Assembly: GCF_036321535.1 (NCBI RefSeq)
Contig: NC_087436.1
Location: forward strand, 51,894,001 to 51,958,000
Direction: 5' to 3'
Length of the DNA: 64,000 nt
From: Camelus dromedarius
Taxonomy: Eukaryota
Positions 61,201 to 64,000 of this stretch are shown here, piece after piece. The stretch's first letter is position 1. Every line of letters starts with the position of its first letter. A model generated the notes under the pieces. It had not been told where the DNA came from. It ran no database searches and saw nothing but the letters and a program-made list of their open reading frames with translations. The position numbers and the translations under genes were made by a program.

Positions 61201-64000
61201 GTCACCAGAGATGTAAAGCTATTCGCAAAAATTTAAACTGTAGTAAAACAAGATAAATTGGCTTAGCTATTTCTGCTGGTAGTCCCCCCCCACCCCCGGT
61301 TGTTGGGTTTGAGAAATGATATATGGATTTGAGAATGACCTTTTAATTTAATCTTGAAATGTTAAATGTTTAGTAAACATAGACTTGAAGTACTTTTTTC
61401 TTTTACTTTAAGAGAAGAAATATATTAATATTATACACACACACATCTTTTTTCCCCTGTCTACATCCTAAAACTTGCTGGAGAATATATGTTTTCCACT
61501 AGAAAAATAAATTACCAATGACTTTTAAAAGCCTAAAGGCTCGAGTCCCAGCTCTTGAAAACTGACCCTAGGCTCCTGTAGCTAGTGCACTCTCCTCCCA
61601 GAGAGGCCGGACCCTGTCACAGGTGACAGCGACCCGCTTACTCAGACCTTGTTAAAGGGCCGGGTTCCTTTTGTAGGTCTCCAGATCCCCCTTACTGGCT
61701 TGTCATAGCTGACTGGGACTGCTGAAGCCGAATTGCTTATACTTAATTTTTTTATTGCTTTGGTGTAACTAAATCAGTATGGGAGGGGTGGTTAAAATAA
61801 ACCCTTTGGCAAAATTCTGCATCTAGAGAAACCTGTAGCGTGTATAGAGTTCCGTTTTGAAATGAAACTAGGGCCTGCAGATGCTGTGAGTTTGGTTCAA
61901 GAGCCCCTTCTACTATGTAAGCAAGTTTATTTTTTTTAATCAGTGATTTGACTTTTATTAAAATAATCACCTCTTTAACCTCTGTGCCTAAGACACCGTG
62001 ATTTTTCTACCTTCTTGGTAACTTTTTAGTATAGTAAATATTTCCAGGTGCAAAACTTTATGACCTGACTAATTTGTGATCCCCTCCATGGAGTATGCAG
62101 TGTTTCATAGGTGTCAGGTGTCTGAGTGAAAGCTATGCCAAGATCGTGGTTGGCGTTTGTGTGTATTTGCTTGAAGATGTATTTGTTGGCTTTTGTACAT
62201 TTTTCTCTACAGAGCACATGCTTTAGCTGTGCAGTTTAGGTACTGGAGTTTATGCTGTTTTGCTTTTTTGTTTTTGTTGGGTTAGTTGTCTGCTAAACCC
62301 GTTGCTGAAAGGCTGCGAGTTCTTGGTCTGTGCTCCCTGGACTGCCTTCCGATGATTCGCGCCACCGCTGATTAATGGCGTGATTCACAGCAGCCGCCGC
62401 CAAGTTCAGGACCTCCGCCGGTTGACTTTGTGGGTCATGTTCCGTGGTCTTGAGAGAGCTGTTATACCGAGCTAGGAATGGACAACACCCCTGCATGTTA
62501 GAAAACTGTGAAACATATGTATGTGTGTATATGCAGACATATATTTTCTGTATGTAAATGTATATATTTATATATATGTATTTGTGCGCGCACACACACA
62601 CACACCACTCTGGCATTTGAAAGGGAAGGGGAAAGGAAATAGTATTGTTAATTAATTCTTTGAAATGTGTATCATTGTTCCAGAAAATTTGGAACATTGG
62701 TTTATGTGATGTGGTATTAGCAGGGGGAAACATTCATCTGTTTAAACCTAAGAGGGGAAGGCCATACAGAAACACAGATCTGCAGTGATTTGATCTGTGC
62801 AGGGGTCGTACTCCTTTTACTCCATTTCTTTATCAGCTAGTCAGAGTAAATGCAAATCTGTATATGGGAAAATACATGAATTGTTTATCTTTAATAGAAA
62901 AGGTGGTCGGGAGGTCATCAACTCTTCCAACACTTGACAACACTTGACTTCTGAGAAGCAGATCCAGTATAAGAATTGTTTAAAAACAATCTTTTATGGC
63001 AAAATGAATATTGCAGGAATACTTCATTCTGTATTTACCTGAGAGCAACCTGTAAATTCTCTCTGCTGGGTGGGAGATTACAGATTTCACGGCAGTCGGG
63101 TGGGAGACAGTTGAGTATGGTGAAGCATCGGTAGACACTAGGCCTTGTCTACTATCAGTGTTCGGATTTGTGATTTGAAGGGTTTTTTTGCTTTTGTTTT
63201 TGTTTTTGTTTTTCTTTTGATTAGGAAGGACATGTTGCTTTATTGAGATGCCGAGAGAACTTGCTTTAGCAAGTTTATGTCTATTGATGCATAGGTATGA
63301 CATTTTAACCCACATATTTTAAATGACGTTTGGTTACTGTTTGTTTAAAAGCAACTGAATAAAAACATCTCCAGCTGTCCAGATTTCAATCTGTACGGAT
63401 GACTAATCATGTGGTAGATGTGAACATAAAGGTTCTAGTGAAAAATAAAAATTACAATAAAAATTGTATTTGCTCCCTGATTTGAAAGTACAGAATGTTT
63501 TCTGTGCCTTTTAGATACGGGGAACTACGCCATTGAAAACAATGGTAACCATGGTGAATGTACCTTACAAAATAAATGAAAAAAAAAAAGACATGGCGGG
63601 GGGAGTGGGAAGAAGTCGGTGTAGTAACAGCTTGGTGAGTAAATAAATATTTAAACTTCATGCCTGGTTACTTGTGTAATCATAAGATTTGCAGAGTTAC
63701 GTTGTATATTATAGTTTAGTTGTTATTTATCTTGTCTTAACCTATGAAACCAAATTTAAATGCTGTTTAGAAATGAAAGCAAGTTACAAGTTTTCTGCGT
63801 CTTTATTTCTTCATGTATGAAAAATAAGAAATCGAATTAGATATTTGCTGAGTTTTTCCCAAGTTCTTAAATTCTAAGATTCCATGACCAGGAGAAGTCC
63901 AGGAGTGATGTGAGTAAACTTTGAGTTTTGAAGTGACATTCACTCCAAGACTCAAAACCCTTAAGTGTAGCCTTGACAGAATTTCCATAACGTATCATTA

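Larger units (their letters stand above)
9449..64000 (+). other. PPP3CA: PPP3CA intron 1 (continues beyond the window)
   Basis: Starts at GTAAGC. I found no sequence encoding the next residues (AVPFPPSHRLTAKEVF) in the window, consistent with the very long first intron of mammalian PPP3CA. Confidence 0.88.

Noticed and set aside
10700-64000. Numerous 60-150 aa intronic ORFs in the supplied track
   Set aside because: They are short, often start at TTG/GTG, overlap repeats or microsatellites, and show no recognisable domains. This is what chance produces in 54 kb.
1-64000. CRISPR arrays, operons, rRNA, NUMT or viral inserts, processed pseudogenes
   Set aside because: The sequence is eukaryotic intron and intergenic DNA. 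I saw no spacer-repeat array, no rRNA or mitochondrial similarity and no intronless gene copy by eye, though short degraded fragments could be missed without a search.

Overview
Mammalian genomic DNA, most likely from a camelid (inferred from two tRNA-Ala-derived SINEs of the camelid vic-1 type), with one 138-N assembly gap. The window holds the 5' end of PPP3CA (calcineurin A alpha, catalytic subunit) on the + strand. It includes about 7.4 kb of repeat-rich upstream DNA and a CpG-island promoter with GC boxes and a CCAAT box. A GC-rich leader with GCG/GCA/GGC triplet runs precedes the first coding exon (9391-9448, MSEPKAIDPKLSTTDRVVK, phase-1 donor AAG|GTAAGC). The remaining 54.5 kb is intron 1, and I did not find exon 2 in the window. 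The intron contains old MIR, L2, L3, L1, MLT1 and MER5/MER20 fragments plus microsatellites. Apart from exon 1, I read the supplied six-frame ORFs as noise. I found no new multi-gene system. The best leads are regulatory. (1) A candidate alternative first coding exon 1.5 kb upstream, whose ATG is in the correct phase to replace the PPP3CA N-terminus. (2) A lone AUG-UGA start-stop element in an otherwise AUG-free leader. (3) An 80-bp duplication that copies an AP-1 site. (4) A (TA)27 tract sitting inside a perfect 30-bp palindrome. (5) Orphan CpG-rich patches deep in the intron. All repeat names were assigned by eye against remembered consensus sequences, so subfamilies and boundaries are approximate.
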